Below, piece after piece: positions 63,760 through 64,000 of a DNA stretch of 64,000 nt. Under the pieces are notes generated by a model. That model saw nothing but the letters and a program-made list of their open reading frames with translations, was not told the DNA's origin and did not search any database. Position numbers and translations under genes: made by a program. How positions within the stretch are numbered: the stretch's first letter is position 1; each line of letters opens with the position of its first letter. This stretch comes from Antedon mediterranea (taxonomy: Eukaryota; Animalia; Echinodermata), in contig NC_092671.1 in the NCBI RefSeq assembly GCF_964355755.1, positions 20,584,001-20,648,000 on the forward strand. Reading direction: 5' to 3'.

Positions 63760-64000
63760 AAAGTTACTTTTTCTTCTTTTTATAAATGATATTTCACACA
63801 GTCTGTGAAAACTGGAACATGTAATGTATTTGCTGATGATACTATTATGTTAAGGGGAAAAAAGTTAATGATATAAATAATGATCTACAAAAAATAGTAA
63901 GCTCTATTAGTGAATGGTATAAACAAAATCATCTTACTATTAATGCTGATAAAACAAAAGTAATGATTATTAAAATAGAGGAAACAAAGTTAACTATTTA
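63760..64000 (+). mobile_element. LINE RT fragment running off the window
   Basis: LFLLFINDI...NVFADDT...DLQKIVSSISEWYKQNHLTINADKTKVM. Confidence 0.8.

Noticed and set aside
1-64000. Prokaryotic RT-based defence, retron or DGR system
   Set aside because: All RT fragments carry eukaryotic non-LTR signatures and microsatellite/polyA tails and lie in or beside a spliceosomal gene.

Overview
AT-rich animal (invertebrate) genomic DNA. The abundance of TAGGCCTA words and the repeat families suggest an echinoderm, but that is inference. The only host gene I can support is the 5' part of TRAF3IP1/IFT54 (MIP-T3, intraflagellar transport complex B) on the minus strand: six GT-AG coding exons at 56304-56182, 45220-45152, 7949-7901, 4389-4277, 3351-3229 and 789-568, continuing beyond the left edge, with introns of about 11 kb and 37 kb. 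The ORF track misses most of these exons. The rest is largely decayed, often nested transposable elements. These include many LINE fragments (CR1/L2/Rex1/RTEX-like, one near full length with an SGNH-esterase ORF1), a solo LTR, tRNA-derived SINEs, Helitron/Helentron-type elements, non-autonomous DNA transposons bounded by TIRs and TSDs (P-, Tc2/pogo-, Harbinger-, Sola2-, CMC-, hAT-, Kolobok- and MULE-like), and tandem arrays. Superfamily labels rest on terminus/TSD rules, not database searches. I cannot demonstrate a new biological system. The most unusual observation is that the essential exon 3 sits inside a split fold-back MITE, and a perfect 30-bp inverted repeat brackets exons 5-6.
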